Positions 14,756 to 28,747 of a stretch of 64,000 bases of DNA are shown here, one piece after another. Both the position numbers and the translations under genes were made by a program. Every line of letters starts with the position of its first letter. Positions within the stretch are counted from its first letter, which is position 1. Under the pieces are notes generated by a model that was given only the letters and a program-made list of their open reading frames with translations, ran no database searches and was not told where the DNA came from. This DNA is from Eledone cirrhosa (Eukaryota). The DNA lies in assembly GCA_964016885.1 (NCBI GenBank), contig OZ024743.1, positions 157,790,001-157,854,000 on the forward strand. Reading direction: 5' to 3'.

Positions 14756-15706
14756 CTAGTATTAGATCTTATATGTCAGGTAAGAACAGCCTCATGGAAA
14801 AAATAGTAAACACATAACACCTGCTTTTTCATTGGCTCACAAGTATTAAATCCAATATCACAACGAAGAGTAGCCTTGTTGAAATATGAATAAACACGCA
14901 ACACCTAACTCATCACTTAAAAACTTTGCAAACAGCAGATTATCCAAAATAATATGAATTGCAAAAATGTAAAGATTCATAAATGTATACGCTGAGAGGA
15001 ATTTAATGACACCCGCAAGAAGTATATATATATATATATTATGGAGAACAGGATTTTAAAATAAAGGATAATTAAGCTAGAGGTAGTCTTCTATTTAGTC
15101 ATTGGACTAAAGCCATTCTGTGGCTCTGTATTTAGATCGTTTAGACCAAAGGTTCTCAACCCGTTTCAGCCAAACGCCCCTCTTTTTCCCTCAAAATCAC
15201 GAAACGCCCCCTACCCTATTTTTCCATTTTTCAATATACTTCTGACTTTAATATCAGTAGATTACTGGGCCAAATCAAGTTATGTTAAAATCTGTAAAAA
15301 GATCTTTAAAAAATACTCGTACGAATTAAATGCAACAAAGTTTCAATCCAAAACAAAAGCAAACTATTTCAAATTATATATTTTTGAAAAATAGACGTGA
15401 ATATTCTCAAAGACTTGATCTCAATCGAAATAGCTTCTTTTTTTTTAAATTCTATATTTCACTGTTAGCTGTTGTAATATTTTGATTGGATAAACAATTC
15501 TAGAATTCAAACTGTAAAGTCAAAATGCAAAAGATGCAAAATATGAAGAATGTTTTACCTTTCTCTGAAATCACAAACTCAGGTTGAAAATAGTACCTTG
15601 CAAAATAAAATACCGCGTAGCAAAATAAAACACTTAGTAGCAATGAATGAATTGAGAAGCTTGGTGACAGTGAGAAAGCAATATTTGTATCCCTTATATA
15701 TATGTA

Positions 15707-15990
15707 GGCACGTGGCCTAGTGGTAAGGGTGTTGGACTTACGATCATAATGTCGTGGGCTCGATTCCTGGGTTGCGTGTTGTGTTCTTGAGCAAAACACT
15801 TCATTTCACGTTGCTCCAGTATACTCAGCTGAAAATGAGTACCAGCAATAGCTGGAGGTTTAACCCTGCGATGGACTGGCGTCCTGTCCTGGAGGGAGTC
15901 TTGTACTCTCAGTCGCTTCACGCCATGAAACCGGGATTAAGCACCGGCCAAATGAGCCTTCTGTCTTATGACAGACTTTAGACGTTAGAC
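15707..15990 (+). mobile_element. tRNA-derived SINE with Meta-SINE-like core
   Basis: A box tggcctagtgg, B box ggctcgattcc; core cttgagcaaaacactt..ttgctccag..aatgagtacc..aaccctgcgatggactggcgtcc. Confidence 0.75.
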
Positions 15991-16015
15991 TTTATATATA
16001 TATACATAGATAGAT

Positions 16016-16081
<66 letters not shown>

Positions 16082-16193
16082 ACACACAAGCTTGCGTGTG
16101 TGTGCCTTGGTTTTGGTACAGAAAGAATTGTGTCTCCAGTTTTTATTGCCAGGTCAAAGGCCACTGCTCTTTTCAACAACGCCAAATAACAAC

Positions 16194-16277
<84 letters not shown>

Positions 16278-16575
16278 AATGAAGAGAGAAAGAGGGAGGG
16301 ACAGAGAGAGTAAGAAATGTGTGTGCATGTGTGTATGTGTGTGTTTGGTACACGTCTATCTATCTATCTATCTCGGAGAAGATAGACGTGTTTTTGTATC
16401 GCTCCTGCATTTTGTCGGAATTTATTACGAGAAGCGGTAGGTCTGTTTAAGTAATGTGTTATTTGTTGTGTTTAACCCCTCGCCTGGGCCTGCAGACGTT
16501 GGGTAAAATAAATCTCGCCCTTTTGGGGGCGAAATTTAATAGTTATAAGTTGTCGATAAAAGTCGTTTAGTGACA

Positions 16576-18410
16576 ATGGACGCCATTAATACGACGCATG
16601 CCACGTCCCCCAAGGAAGTGATAGAGAGAAGGTAGCAGCACAACGCTGTAAGCCTTCCCTCCTCACTCCCGCAAAAGACACCACGGAATCAAAAGAAAAA
16701 AATGTGGAAATGGTTGAAAACCCCAAATTTAACAATTACACAAGCAAGAAAAACAATGACAATAACAACACAACCAACAACAGCAATAATGACAACACCA
16801 ACAAAGGAAAAAAGCAAGCCAACACGAATAACAACAACAACAATCATAACAACACGAAAGAAAACGGATCCATAGCTGCAGTCTCCTTCGCACAGGCGGT
16901 CCGAGAAACGCAGACATACAAGACACTGAACATCTCGAATGCCAAGAAATTGCTGAAAGAAGCAAGGAATAATGTAACTTTCGGGGAAGGTGGGGAATTC
17001 ACAATTACCTCCCCCGAAGAATGTAGAAGGGACACAGTCCTCAGGACTGTAATCTTTAGGACTGTTTCGAATATGACTAGGAAACCGGCTCAATTGTCCC
17101 AAAGCGAAATTGAGCTGGTCCTAAGTAGTACCTGGAAGGATATCGTTTTCATACAGAAAGGGAAACTGTATGGAAGCATATCTGTTTTAATGCATGATGA
17201 ATTGGCGGCACGGAAATATTCTGTGTCGCCAATTGTATCCAAAGCATACACCCCACATATTTGGGGAAAAGAACTCAAAAGATAAGAATCTCGGGCACCA
17301 GGCCAAATGTTAGCATTTGGTGGGTGCTAACGGGATTCTTAGAAGATGAGGACACAATCCTTTCGATAGGCGAATCCACCGGGGGCGTATTCGGCGGCAA
17401 TAGCCTTGAAGTTCTGGTCCAAATGAGACCAGAACGGATAGCAAGAATACCGCAGCGTGTGTCCCTGCATGAAGTCGCCTTCATAAACATTTCTGTTGAG
17501 GGAAGGCGGCCTTCATGCTACCACTGTTCAAGAAGTGGTCACCTGAGAGCTTCCTGTCCCCTTTTAAATCCCCCCCCCCAAAAAAAAGACGCTTCTGCCC
17601 ACCCCTCACACAACATTACAACCACCACCACCACCACTACCACCACAACAACAACAACAACACGAAAAAATAACAACACAAGACCTCCCACCCAACCCCT
17701 CCCCACCTAAAACAAATACAAAAGCAACCACAACAAAACCCCAAAATATACCCCTCCCCAACAACACGGACGAGAACCCCTTATCAACGTCACCCAGTGA
17801 TGACGAGGGAGAACCCTTTCAACCTGTAAAAAGAAAGAAAAGAAGGCACCACATTAACAAAAATGCAACAAACACAACCACCAACACAAACAGAACAAAC
17901 ATCACAAACAAAATAACCCACCCCACCCGAAAACATAACACATACTACAAAACGTAAACACACACAAGAATAACAAACAAAAAGAAACACAACACAACAA
18001 AAAAAGTATACATACATCAACACAAACAACAAAACACTTGTGCAAACAATAGACAAAGACCCTTCGGTGGAAACCGAAGGGAAAATGTTCACCAACGCGG
18101 CGACTAAACCGCATTTTAAAATGATTAGGGTCGCAAGGGACACCTACGCAATGCTCAAACAGAACTTTCCCGAGGACGTGGGGAACCCCTGTACTAGACC
18201 TAGCACCATGTCCTCTTGAAATGTTTCCCCACCACCACGCCATACACCCCTCCCCCACCAAACACCCCCACCCCACCACACACTGATGTCCCCAACACAT
18301 CCCAAACCACCACCCCAACAAACAACCCCGCCGACACCCCCATGGAAATTGTGCAGCCTGGTCCCCAGGAGAAGGACAGGTATGTGTCTTTTTCTTTTTC
18401 TCCGCTCTAA
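16576..18410 (+). pseudogene. Tx1 ORF1 (gag-like, Asn-rich N-terminus, zinc knuckle), disrupted
   Basis: ORF pieces 16704-17285, 17261-17710 and 18216-18410; homologous to 52548-54457. Confidence 0.8.
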
Positions 18411-18426
18411 ACTCTTCACCACCAAC

Positions 18427-21400
18427 ATGGCTGATATAAGAGTTGGATGTTTAAATGTGCGCGGCCTGGAGATGTCTTGGAAGCAGGGCAAACACTTAAA
18501 TGACCTCAGGTCACACAGAATGGATGTGATAGCTGTTTGCGAGTCCGGGATCAGCAGCGAGCACCAACTGGCCCCCATCTTCGACGACTTTTAGATCTAT
18601 GCATCTCTCTGTCAGCCGGGGATGGGTAGGGGTGGTCGTTCTGCTGCGAAAGCACCTGGGCCTCACAACACGGAAGGTAAACCTGGACCCGGAGAGTCGA
18701 CTGGTGGTTCTAGACGTAGGCAGTAGTGAAGGTGGAGCCTTCAGGCTGGTGGCAGCGTATACCCCATCTGGGACACCGCGACCGGACTTCTTCCAACGCC
18801 TAGAGACGTTCTGGGAACGTCTCGCTCCTTGCTTTTATTGGGGGACTGGAATGGTATCCTGGATGCACGTTGGGACTATGTAGGGGCATTTCCCGATAGA
18901 GGGGGGTGTAACAGCCTCAAACGGTTAGTCGGCCGATTTGATCTGGCCGATAGATATCGACTAGATTTTCCGACTGTGCCACTGTGGACGTGGACTAATT
19001 GTAGCAGAACATTTAGGTCGTACCTAGATAAGTTCCTAATTAGAAATAAGGATAGGGACATATTAAGCTGTTCACGAATGTTCATGGTTGACTATTCGGA
19101 TCACAAGTTGGTGACCGGAGTGGTCAACCTTGATAGAAACCATAGACAAGGACCCGGTTACTGGAAGCTAAACTTGTCCTTACCGACAAACAAAGCCTAC
19201 AGTAAGCGGATTATCACTCTAGTTAAGCAGCGGTTGACAGGGTCAATTGTCAACAGCAGGTAGTGGGGCTCTCTCAAGAGAGAAATTAGAATAGAATCGA
19301 TAGGTTTTAGTCAGGAATTAGCATCAGATCGGAATAGAACTGAAAGAGAATTGATAGATAGAGTAGAAGAGGCGATTAGGAGGGGCAACGTGGCCGGCGT
19401 ACTGGCGTCAAGAACAGCCCTAGACCAGTTCTTTGACGCGAAGCACGAGGGCTGTGATTTCAGGAGTAAAATACGTGCTCTGGGTAACGAGGGAGCCAAA
19501 GGTGTTAGCTGGGCCCGAGTGACAGAGGCAAAAAGTGGAAACAAGTCCACGATTCGGTCTTGAAGGACCAGGATGGACGCGTGATCCTTGAACCTGAGCG
19601 GGTGTGCGCGGCCTTTCAACGGCGTTTGCACGACTGTTCGTGAGGGGCGGCGGGCCGGGTGAGGACATGGATTTTGGTCCATACCTCGACGGTCTGCCGC
19701 GGCTCTCGGACGGGGAGGCGAAGTCCTGCGAAAGACCGATTTCAGCCGCTGAAATAAGGGAAGCGCTGAGCCTATGCGGCAAACGCAAATCTCCAGGTCT
19801 CGATGGTCTACCATACGAACTTTATGTAGCGATGCCGGACTTGTTCTCCGATCTACTCGAGGCGGTCTACTGCAACTGGCAACAGAACGGGAGAATTCCC
19901 AGTTCTGTGACCAAAGGCGTAGTCACGCTGGTGAGGAAGGACGAGAACAAGGGGGATGACATAGATAACTTCAGGCCCATAACTCTGCTAAACACAGAGT
20001 TAAAGATTTTGGCCAAGGTGTTAGCGAAGAGGTTGGCGCTTGTCGTCAGGAACTTGGTGGCAGAAGCGCATACATGCGCAATCCCGTCCAGGTCCATATA
20101 CGATAACCTCCACCTCATGCGACACATCGTAGAGAGGGTAGGGAACGACCCCGGCTTTGGTGGGGCCCTGATCAAATTGGATCAATCTAAGGCGTTCGAT
20201 AGAGTCGACCATCGGTACCTGGATGCGGTGCTCGCGGCGGCAGGCTTCGGACCCGTTTTCAGGGGCTGGATTGCTGCAATGCACAGCAGCAATGCACACC
20301 TGCTCGATGGTTAAGGTGAACGGCTACCTCTCGGAGCCGTTCCAAATCGCGCGATCCATCCGACAGGGATTCCCTCTCTCCTCCCTTCTGTATGTGCTGG
20401 CTCTCGAGCCACTACTGCGGAAGTTGGAGCTGTTGCAGGGAATCCCCTTGGAACCGAGATTGCAGAAAGCGGTGTCGGCCTACGCCGATGACGTGACAGT
20501 AATAGTGTCGTGCGCCTCGGAAATCGGGCAGATCGGCACCTTACTGGAGGAATACGAAAGGCTTACAGGAGCCAAGCTGAACCGGGACAAGTCCGTCGGT
20601 TTGCAACTCGGAACGTGGAGAGGCAAACCGATGCCCTCCGACGGCGTGGTCGGACGCTGGACGGAGGGACCGGTGAAGCTGCTCGGGATCTGGTTCGGAC
20701 CGGATCTCCACGTGGAGAAAAACTGGGACGAAGTAACGGGCAGGGTGTTTACACTCGCCCAGAAGTGGGCCAAGTGCAAACTATCCCTGAAAGGTCGAGC
20801 TGAGGTGGCGAACACTTATATAGCGTCCGTCATCTACTACCGCTTGACCGTCGTGCCTTGCCCAGCGAAAACGCTCGCCAAAATTGAGCGCGCGCTCTTC
20901 CGATTCCTTTGGAAGAAGCGGGCCCCTTTGGTGAGAATATCCATCTGCTGTCAACACCCTTTGAACGGAGGGCTGGGGATGCCGTGGCTGACGATGCGTA
21001 GACACGCATTAAGGCTACGGCACCTCTAGGTATTCCTCACCGGTCAGCCGGTGTGGGCCCCTTTTGTGAGGCGAGCCTTTCCGAGACTCGTCTCACTCAC
21101 CGAGCTCCAATCTTGGGTCAAGCAAAGACCGAGAAAAGTGGGCGACTGGCACATTGAATGTGCCCAGGCGCTCACGGCCCTCTGGCAAGCGGATCCGGCA
21201 CTCAGTGGAGACTCAACCTCAACATTCTATAGAGGGTTGGTCCGCAGCAAGTGCGACGTCACTCTCGGAGAGGCTCTGGGCATGGAAGAAGACGAGCTAG
21301 CCAGTCTGTTTGGCCCGGAACCGATGTACAACTTCCAAAAGCCCCTGGCTTGGCAGTGCTACCGAGGAGCTCTACCCGTTCGGGACAAGCTCTACAGACA

Positions 21401-21839
21401 CGGGCGCTCGGGTGGGGACCCCTCGAAGATGATCTGTCCGAGATACGTGCGTGACGAGGAACGCATTCGTACACTGCCTGGGCGTTGCTGACCTGTGGGG
21501 ATATGTGGAACGACTACTGTCGCGGGTTGGACCAATCTGGTTGACCACCGAGTACATTGTCATGATCAAACCGCCTCCCCCCTTCAAAAACGAAGGAGAG
21601 TCGGTTTTCCTCTGTGTGATAGCTATGGCGAAAGAGATTGTATGGTGGACGAGGTTGAAAGGGCTGAGGTCAGACACTTTTCTCTCCGGCCAACAACTCG
21701 TCCTTTTTTCAAGTACCATTTTAGAAGAACGATCAGAATGGCGAGAGAGGTGCTCTACCCCAGCAAGTTTTATAAAAGGTGGGTGAAAGTGGCGAGAATG
21801 GCCCGAGTGAATGGGCCTTCTCTCTATATCAGCCTGTAG
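18427..21839 (+). pseudogene. Tx1 ORF2 (AP endonuclease-reverse transcriptase), multiple stops/frameshifts
   Basis: Consecutive ORF pieces with EN and RT motifs. Confidence 0.9.
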
Positions 21840-22077
21840 TTGAGAGAGGAGAGGAAGGGAGCACCCGCTCTTTGTGCTCCTGAGGAGGAGGGTTGCACAT
21901 TTTTTTCGGGTGTGTGTGCGACCCACGTCAATTGAGGACTTCGATTGTTGAATTTGATTTGTTATATGTTTTTACACGTTCCTTGAAATGTATGTAAACT
22001 CCTCGTCTTGTATGTGTCCCAATCTTTGATGCCCTGGTGGCAAATAAATAGAAAGTTATCTATCTATCTATCTTCAA

Positions 22078-22478
22078 CAGGGGGCTCAAACATGCGTTTG
22101 AACTACTTTTCTGTGGCCCGTGGTAAAACCAATATTTCATATTGCATTATAACTGGTGAAAATAAGGCAGTGAACTGGTGGAATCGTTAACACATCTGGC
22201 GAAATGCTTAACGGTACTTCTTCCGTTTTTACGTTCTGATTTCAAATTCCGCCGATCTCAACTATGCCTTCCAAGCTTTTGGGGTCGATGAATTAAGTAC
22301 CAGTTGTGCACTAGGATTGATGTAATCGACTGAACCCCAAACCGCAAATTTCATGCCTTGTTCCTATAGTAGAAATGATTATAACTGGTGAAAATCTTCA
22401 CCCATCACCACGTTTGGCCGACTGTGCCTCTCATCCAGGACGTAATGGCCCTTTTATGTCCTTGAGTTTGAGACCCCT
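22078..22478. mobile_element. hAT-type MITE interrupted by a SINE
   Basis: Termini cagggggctcaaac / gtttgagacccct resemble hAT-Charlie TIRs; no clean TSD seen. Confidence 0.55.
22164..22377 (+). mobile_element. tRNA-derived SINE related to family A
   Basis: 18-bp TSD attataactggtgaaaat at 22146-22163 and 22378-22395; core ggggtcgat..aagtaccag. Confidence 0.85.
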
Positions 22479-22521
22479 CTTCTACACACACATATATATA
22501 TACTTTTCTTTTTTTCTGTTT

Positions 22522-22742
22522 CTGGACTACGCCCATGCTGGAGCATCACCTTGGTATGTTATGAGGACGTCAACAAACCAACAAGCATTGGTGGGAGGGC
22601 AAACACAAACGCAAAGACACACATACATATATACGACAGGCTTCTTTTAGTTTCGGTCTATCAAATCCACTCACGGGGCTTTGGTCGGCGCGGGCAGTGG
22701 GACTGAACCCAGAAATGTGTGGTTGGGAAACAAGCTTCTTGT
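22522..22742 (-). mobile_element. tRNA-derived SINE (second family), internally deleted
   Basis: Minus head aagaagcttgtttcccaaccac..gggttcagtcccactg (B box). Confidence 0.65.
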
Positions 22743-22784
22743 CAAACTGCGCATATATATATACAAACTGCGCATATATATATA

Positions 22785-23125
22785 CTAGCTTCGCCCGGGT
22801 AAACAGATGATAAGAGAAGACAGGTAAAAGAGAAAATGACTGTATTGGATGTTTGTCTGGTTACAGTATGAGGCGAGTCCATGGTGTCTGTGCGATACAA
22901 AAAAACAGTAAAAAAAATCTTCCAGATATACCAGATTCTTCGTTGTACCGTTTGTGCATAGTATATGAACAATTGTAGGTGCTCCCACCTAGAATAGTGA
23001 CCTCTAGGAGATGGTTCATCTTCTGCCTGACTGTAAAACGTGTATCATTGCAGAGACGTAGTTGTTCCACGTTTCTCAAAAGGATGATGGAAGTTGCAAT
23101 CTTTTATATTATATGTAGATATAGA
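22785..23125 (-). mobile_element. Small non-autonomous Helitron carrying a Pif1 fragment
   Basis: Minus starts A|TCTATATCTACATATAATATAAAAG and ends cccgggcgaagCTAG|T; encodes LRNVEQLRLCNDTRFTVRQKMNHLLEVTIL, similar to the Pif1 LRN..LCNGTRL motif. Confidence 0.65.
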
Positions 23126-23878
23126 TAATTAATATAAAAAATGTCCGTCAATGTAAAAAAGGTCCCTATTTACTTTAAATGGTTTATACAAATGCCAAAT
23201 TAATATGGATATGGATAACATGCTTATCTATAAGTGGTCAGCTATAATAATAAAACAACAAATTATATGACACAAAAATGTATTCAGTAATTCCTGGCTC
23301 TTAGCCACTGAGTAATTGACAGTCAATATTGCCCAGAGTTCAACTCGGGAAGGTGACCTGGTTTGAACTCCAAATGGCAGATAATTTCTACTTCAAAAAT
23401 AGAATCGTTTTTCAATATTACTCTAGCCCTGGCCGGCCATAAGCACCAAACGTTTTGCCAGACTCAGTATATGATGAGGTTTTATTACCACCGCTATCAG
23501 AAGCGATAAATTTGAAGGCAATTTCTACTAATACTTGTTGGTTTTTATTGCTCATTATCGACAATACATGACATTGAACAGAAATAATAACTCAGTCAAA
23601 GCTCACAATACTGATCAAAGGGCACCAATGTCTGAATCATTTACGTCGAATATTCATAGCAGTGAAGACAATTTCTACCAATACATGTTGGTATTTATTG
23701 CGCAACATAGCAGTGAAAGCAATTGTTACCAATACTTGTTTGTTTTTATAGCACATAACGACATTAAATGAGATTGAACATAAATGATAACTCTGTCAAA
23801 GCTCACAATACTGATCAAAGGACACCATTGTCCGAATCATTTACGTCACTTATTGATAGCATTAAAGATATGCATACA

Positions 23879-26800
23879 TCAGCTCAAAGCTTCATTATAG
23901 ACAATATTCAGGGTTGTATCAATTGCAAATTTTATACCATCAGGATCGCACACTCGAGATGCAGCAACATACAGTTTCCCATGGCTGAATGCTGGATCAT
24001 TCAAGTAGACACAGACTCGCTTGAAAGTATGTCCCTGTGCCTTGTTGACAGTCATGGAGAAGGCCAAATTGACGGGAAACTGTCTCCTTTGCCAAATGAA
24101 TGGCAGCAGATCTTCACTTGGTCTCAGCGTGATGCTCGGAATGAGAACCCATTCCTCTTTGCCTGGGAGTTTAGCTTCTAAAAATCTTCCGTTAATCAAT
24201 CTCTCAACAATCAACCTGGTACCATTGCAAAGACCCATTTTATGATTGATATTTCTAAGCAATATAATCGGCATACCCTTTTTCAACCTCAAAATATGTG
24301 GGGGAAATCCGGGTATTTGAAGTGAATTCAGATACTCAGTCGGAACATCCATATTGTTCTGCTGATTAGGGTCTATTGCATCCGCACCGACGGTCAACCA
24401 TTCCTCTCCAGGAAACATTCCGGCTACTTGTGAATTTATTTCATCGACCGTTGCATTCGTATGAGTTAGAATAACGCGTTCCGATATCCAGGAGATATTC
24501 TGCCAAAAGCATTCAAATTAGGGAACACCAAGTCAATCAATGCTTGGCGGTCTAGTGGCATGACCAAATGGTCTGGGATTCTTACAGTCTGATTATCACC
24601 AACGTGTGGCAATTCATCGTTTCCCAACTGCATCAACCATCGGCCGTATGTCTCAGCCTGTTCGTTTTGCCCGAACATACGAAGTCGCATATTATCGTGT
24701 AATCGCAAAACTCTGAAATTGCGCCACAACGGGGACTTTTTCAGACATGCATCGACAGTTTGCGCTCGTTGAGCATTCCTAACAATTGGTAGCATCTGTC
24801 TGAAATCGCCACCAAGAACGATAGTTTTACCACCGAATGGCAGGCACTACCGCAGATATCTCTCAAAGTTCTGTCCAATGCCTCCAGCAAATATCTGTGT
24901 GCCATTGGAGCCTCGTCCCAAATAATCAGAGACGTATTGCGTATAAGACCCGCGAGTTCACTTTGTCCTGTAATGTTACAGACACTCAACTCATCCGGAG
25001 CCAATGGAGCCTTGAAGCATGAGTGGAAAGTCCTTCCACCACTCAGCAAAGTGGCAGCGATCCCACTGGTGGCCACAGGGAGAGCAATCTTCCTCTGAGC
25101 TCTGACTGCCGATAACATAGTGTTGAAACAGAATGACTTTCCGGTGCCTCCTGGAGCATCTATGAAAGCACAACGTTGCTCGTTAGTGGAAATCGAGTGG
25201 AGAACGCCATCGACCAATTTTCTCTGATATTTGGTCAACATTGGTATACGTTCATCCACAATACATTGCTGTTCCAGTGGATCAAACTGGAATAGTTCCT
25301 TCCGATCGAGTGGCAACTGTCTAAGCTGCAATCTCATGTTCAATGCCAAGACACGGTGCCGGATTTCTTCATCAGGAATTGGCAAATTGAAATCTGTTAA
25401 ACATTTCAAATGAACTTCAAGCAGTTGCTCAATATTGAGCAAAACAATAGCTTTCATCAAATTTTCATCATCGACCTGAAGATGATGCCTAAAATCATCA
25501 GCCATAATTCACCAATGGAGTTCAAAAAACTCTTTTGGATCGACAGGATTGCAGAATCCTAGAATCGTGACAAACAACTGCCTTATTTGAGCTGGCATTT
25601 ATGTTGTTCCTGCAGCTTCCATGGCGTTATTCCATTCAGCGTCATCCTGAAGGAGTCCCAGATGCTGACACACAGCCTGGTATGTTTCATATTACACGCC
25701 ATTGATTGTTTTCAAATCAGCGAAGCTCTGTTTACCTCCTGAAAAATCATTATGCAACAGAATTCGGAGATAAAACACATCACCAGATGCTGGATGGACA
25801 TTACAAACCCGTCCAATAGTGATGAATCTCAACTTTTGTTTTCTATCATTCCATTTCTTTCCCTTCTTATCCCACGTATAGTGCGAAGGGAAATCGCAGT
25901 AGAGTTGCCTTTGATCCGGGTTCAAAGCATATTCCCTATTATGCTTGAACCACTCAGTCAATTCCGTCTTAGGAGGTGGTGCGTTAGCAATTCTTTCGAC
26001 ACCTCTTCTAGTGTCTCCTGAAAACAGACCATTTGCCTATTCTCTAAGTGAACCGTCAGTTTCTGAACGCTGCGTTTGCGTTCATTGAGATCAAAATCGA
26101 ACAATCTCCAGCAAGCTTCGCTAGATCCAATCGAGCGAACATCCTGGAACCTGCCAACTTCATCTCCTTGGTTCACTTCCTCATTCCTGACATTGATCAT
26201 TGCCCGATCATGACCTTTGTAAACATATTTGAATAGATATTTGAAAGCTTTCACTGAGCTACAAATTTCCACATGAATATGACAACGATATTTCATAATC
26301 AAATATGAATTGTATGGCACAACCCATTGATTTGTAACCTGTCGACCGTTTACATTTTCGACCAAACCGCCATCTGCAGGCGACCGTCTTCTGTATGAGG
26401 GATGAGTATCCCCATCATTCCTGGAAGTGTTCGTGACAAAAGATTTCGGAAAGTGCTTACTGCATTGGCCATCTTTCATGCCAGGTGCTTTGCCACTCCG
26501 CATTGGTTGTGCACCATTGACTTTGCCACCAAGTTGCGTTGTGCCTCATTCTCCGGCAGTTCAGCACACACAATGCTGTCGACATCCTCAGCACATCTCA
26601 ATTTGCAATCTCTATATAAAATGATCAGCAAATGTACATGTGGCAATCCTCTTTTTTGAAATTCAATTACGTATGTAAAAGCAACTATACCTCCAAAGAT
26701 ACCTCTTTTTCCACATCATCCATTATCTTTTTCAGATATCCTTTGAATACTCTTGCCACAATATCAGGACGGTCCTTTGGCTGTTGTCCTGGCAAACGTG

Positions 26801-28344
26801 CATCCTTAATATCAGTCCATTCAGGATTGCATGCAACCGTTATAAACAAATCTGGCTTTCCAAACTTTCTCACAATAGCCATTGCATCCTGATAGCGAAT
26901 ATTCATATATCTCGGGCCGCCGATTAACGACGATGGCAAAATGATGCGTCGACCAATTTGCTTGTAATTGGCACCATCGGCTGTTATCGCATCCTGTATA
27001 TTACTATACAATTCAGCTCTGATATGTTGCTGATGTGTAGCTATATAATTTAGCCTTTGATTTTCGATTTTTGCGAATGCCATACAACAGTATTCCTGGA
27101 ACAATATGCTGGCTTAAAATAGCGCATTTCTCTGTTGATTCCTCTCCTTCAAATAGAACGCGTAAAAGTCGCGAATCGAATTGTTGTGACTATTGTCACC
27201 TCCCTGTTCATGCTGATTCTCATGATCATCTAAATGAACAGACATGTTCCAACCATTTTCACCTTTTGGAAATAAAAGAACATAATGCAATGGATCGTAT
27301 GCCCTATTTGACTCAGTGATAGTCTTGAGACCACCATCTATGCGATTGAGGACGATATCTCTCGATGCAGGCTTATCGTCCATCAACACAGCAACTTCAC
27401 GAAATCCTTCAGGGGCATTATATCGCGGTTCGTGTTGATTCCTTGGCACTGCGTCAATGTTTGCTGCTGAACATTTTGCAGTTCAGCCACCAACATGAAA
27501 TCCATAAAATAAGGATTACACTGTCTAAGCCATGATTGCAAATCACGGATCAAATCACTTAACCTTTGCTGTTCAAGTTCAGTTATATTTCCCGGCAACT
27601 TCATCCAACTGATCCTGATATCCTCCTCCGATTCACTATAATCTGGATCGTTAACGTAAATTTGAGCGAATCGAGGCCTCTCTCCTGGGGTAACTTCTAA
27701 ATTATCGATACAGTGATACAAACGCCCTTGAATGACTACATTCGGTTGCCATGCTCCACTCTCAAACATCTCACTAACTCTGCGATGCTAAGCTAATGAA
27801 TTGTTAATTTGCCGCGAATATTTGCGCAGTAATCTACCTCGGTCTCCTTGATCACCCCACATACTTAGTATTTTAAACTCCGGTGACTCCTTATCATCCG
27901 GCATTCGCAAGGGTTCTAGTTGAACTGCTCCATTATGACAGCACATTGTGGTCCACGTCTTTTCGTGCCTCCAAAGCAATGCTCCACAATGTGGACACTC
28001 TGCTCGTCCACCAATCTGAAAATGACACGGTTGCCATGATCCATTTTTAATGTCATTCGTTCGCCTTCTAGCCTCTTTACTGGAATGAGTAGCACTTTGA
28101 CGACACATTCTCTGAACTTCTGTATTGCGCTGGCGCTCTTCAGCCAGCTCCTCTTCATCCATCGCAGCACGCCGTTGCTGCGGAATTCTGGCCATCTGCT
28201 GATGATGCTCAGCCAGTTCGTCTTCACCATCGCAGCACGCCGTCGCTGCTTGGCTCCTGTGTTTCGTTGGTGTTGTTCAGACAGCTCCTCAAGTAAATAT
28301 TCCATTGGCGGCCATCTTGTTACCCATAGGCAGATCTCACACAA
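23879..28344 (-). mobile_element. Helitron Rep-Helicase gene, frameshifted
   Basis: Zn finger CPHC..MCCHNG; HUH Rep motifs PDLFITVACNPEW, YVIEFQKRGLPHVH (~26625-26675) and KYLFKYVYKG; Pif1 motifs DAPGGTGKS, IIWDEAPM, RRQFPV, TVNKAQG, FSHGKLYVAASRV. Confidence 0.95.
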
Positions 28345-28476
28345 TGCATCCTCGACAGAAGAATACTACTCCACTATGGCAGACAATTGATATACCCAGG
28401 ACACATAGTGAAATACCAACATATGGAACATTACATTTATGTAACTTTCCTTATTTTAATTTATATTCCTTTTGAA

Positions 28477-28595
28477 GTTCCGATGAGCTGCTCTAGTTCT
28501 ACCTATGTTAATTATTTTCAACTGAACCAGATCAATAATGATATATAATCATTTGATCCAGAAATATTATATGGAGTAGCGAAACAATTGTAAAC
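28477..28595 (+). ncRNA. Type-I hammerhead-like motif, CCGAUGA core variant, large stem II insert
   Basis: gtt-CCGATGA-gctgctcta-[~75 nt]-tggagtagc-GAAA-caattg-TA-aac; the ~290-bp host repeat (28450-28735) recurs inverted at 48080-48360. Confidence 0.65.
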
Positions 28596-28747
28596 AGACA
28601 TTATTATTATTAATATTATTATTATTATTCTCTACATTCCTTACATCAAACTAAAGTATGTTGACAATCTTTTAATAATGTCTTCCTTATGAAATCTGTG
28701 GGCTTGTTTTGCTTAACAAATGAATATATATATATATAAATATATAT

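Larger units (their letters stand above)
16374..22056 (+). mobile_element. Full-length decayed Tx1-clade (L1 group) LINE
   Basis: ORF1 with CCHC knuckle (CYHCSRSGHLRASC); ORF2 with APE (LNVRGL, GDWN, SYLD, SDH), RT (FRPITLLN, LDQSKAFD, RQG, YADD) and C-terminal Cys region; AATAAA; 17-bp TSD tatctatctatctatct at 16357-16373 and 22057-22073. Confidence 0.92.

Noticed and set aside
15707-15775. tRNA gene
   Set aside because: A/B boxes continue into a SINE body; no complete cloverleaf
23423-23440. ggccggcc + CTAG as 3' end of the large Helitron
   Set aside because: Not followed by T and the hairpin is too short
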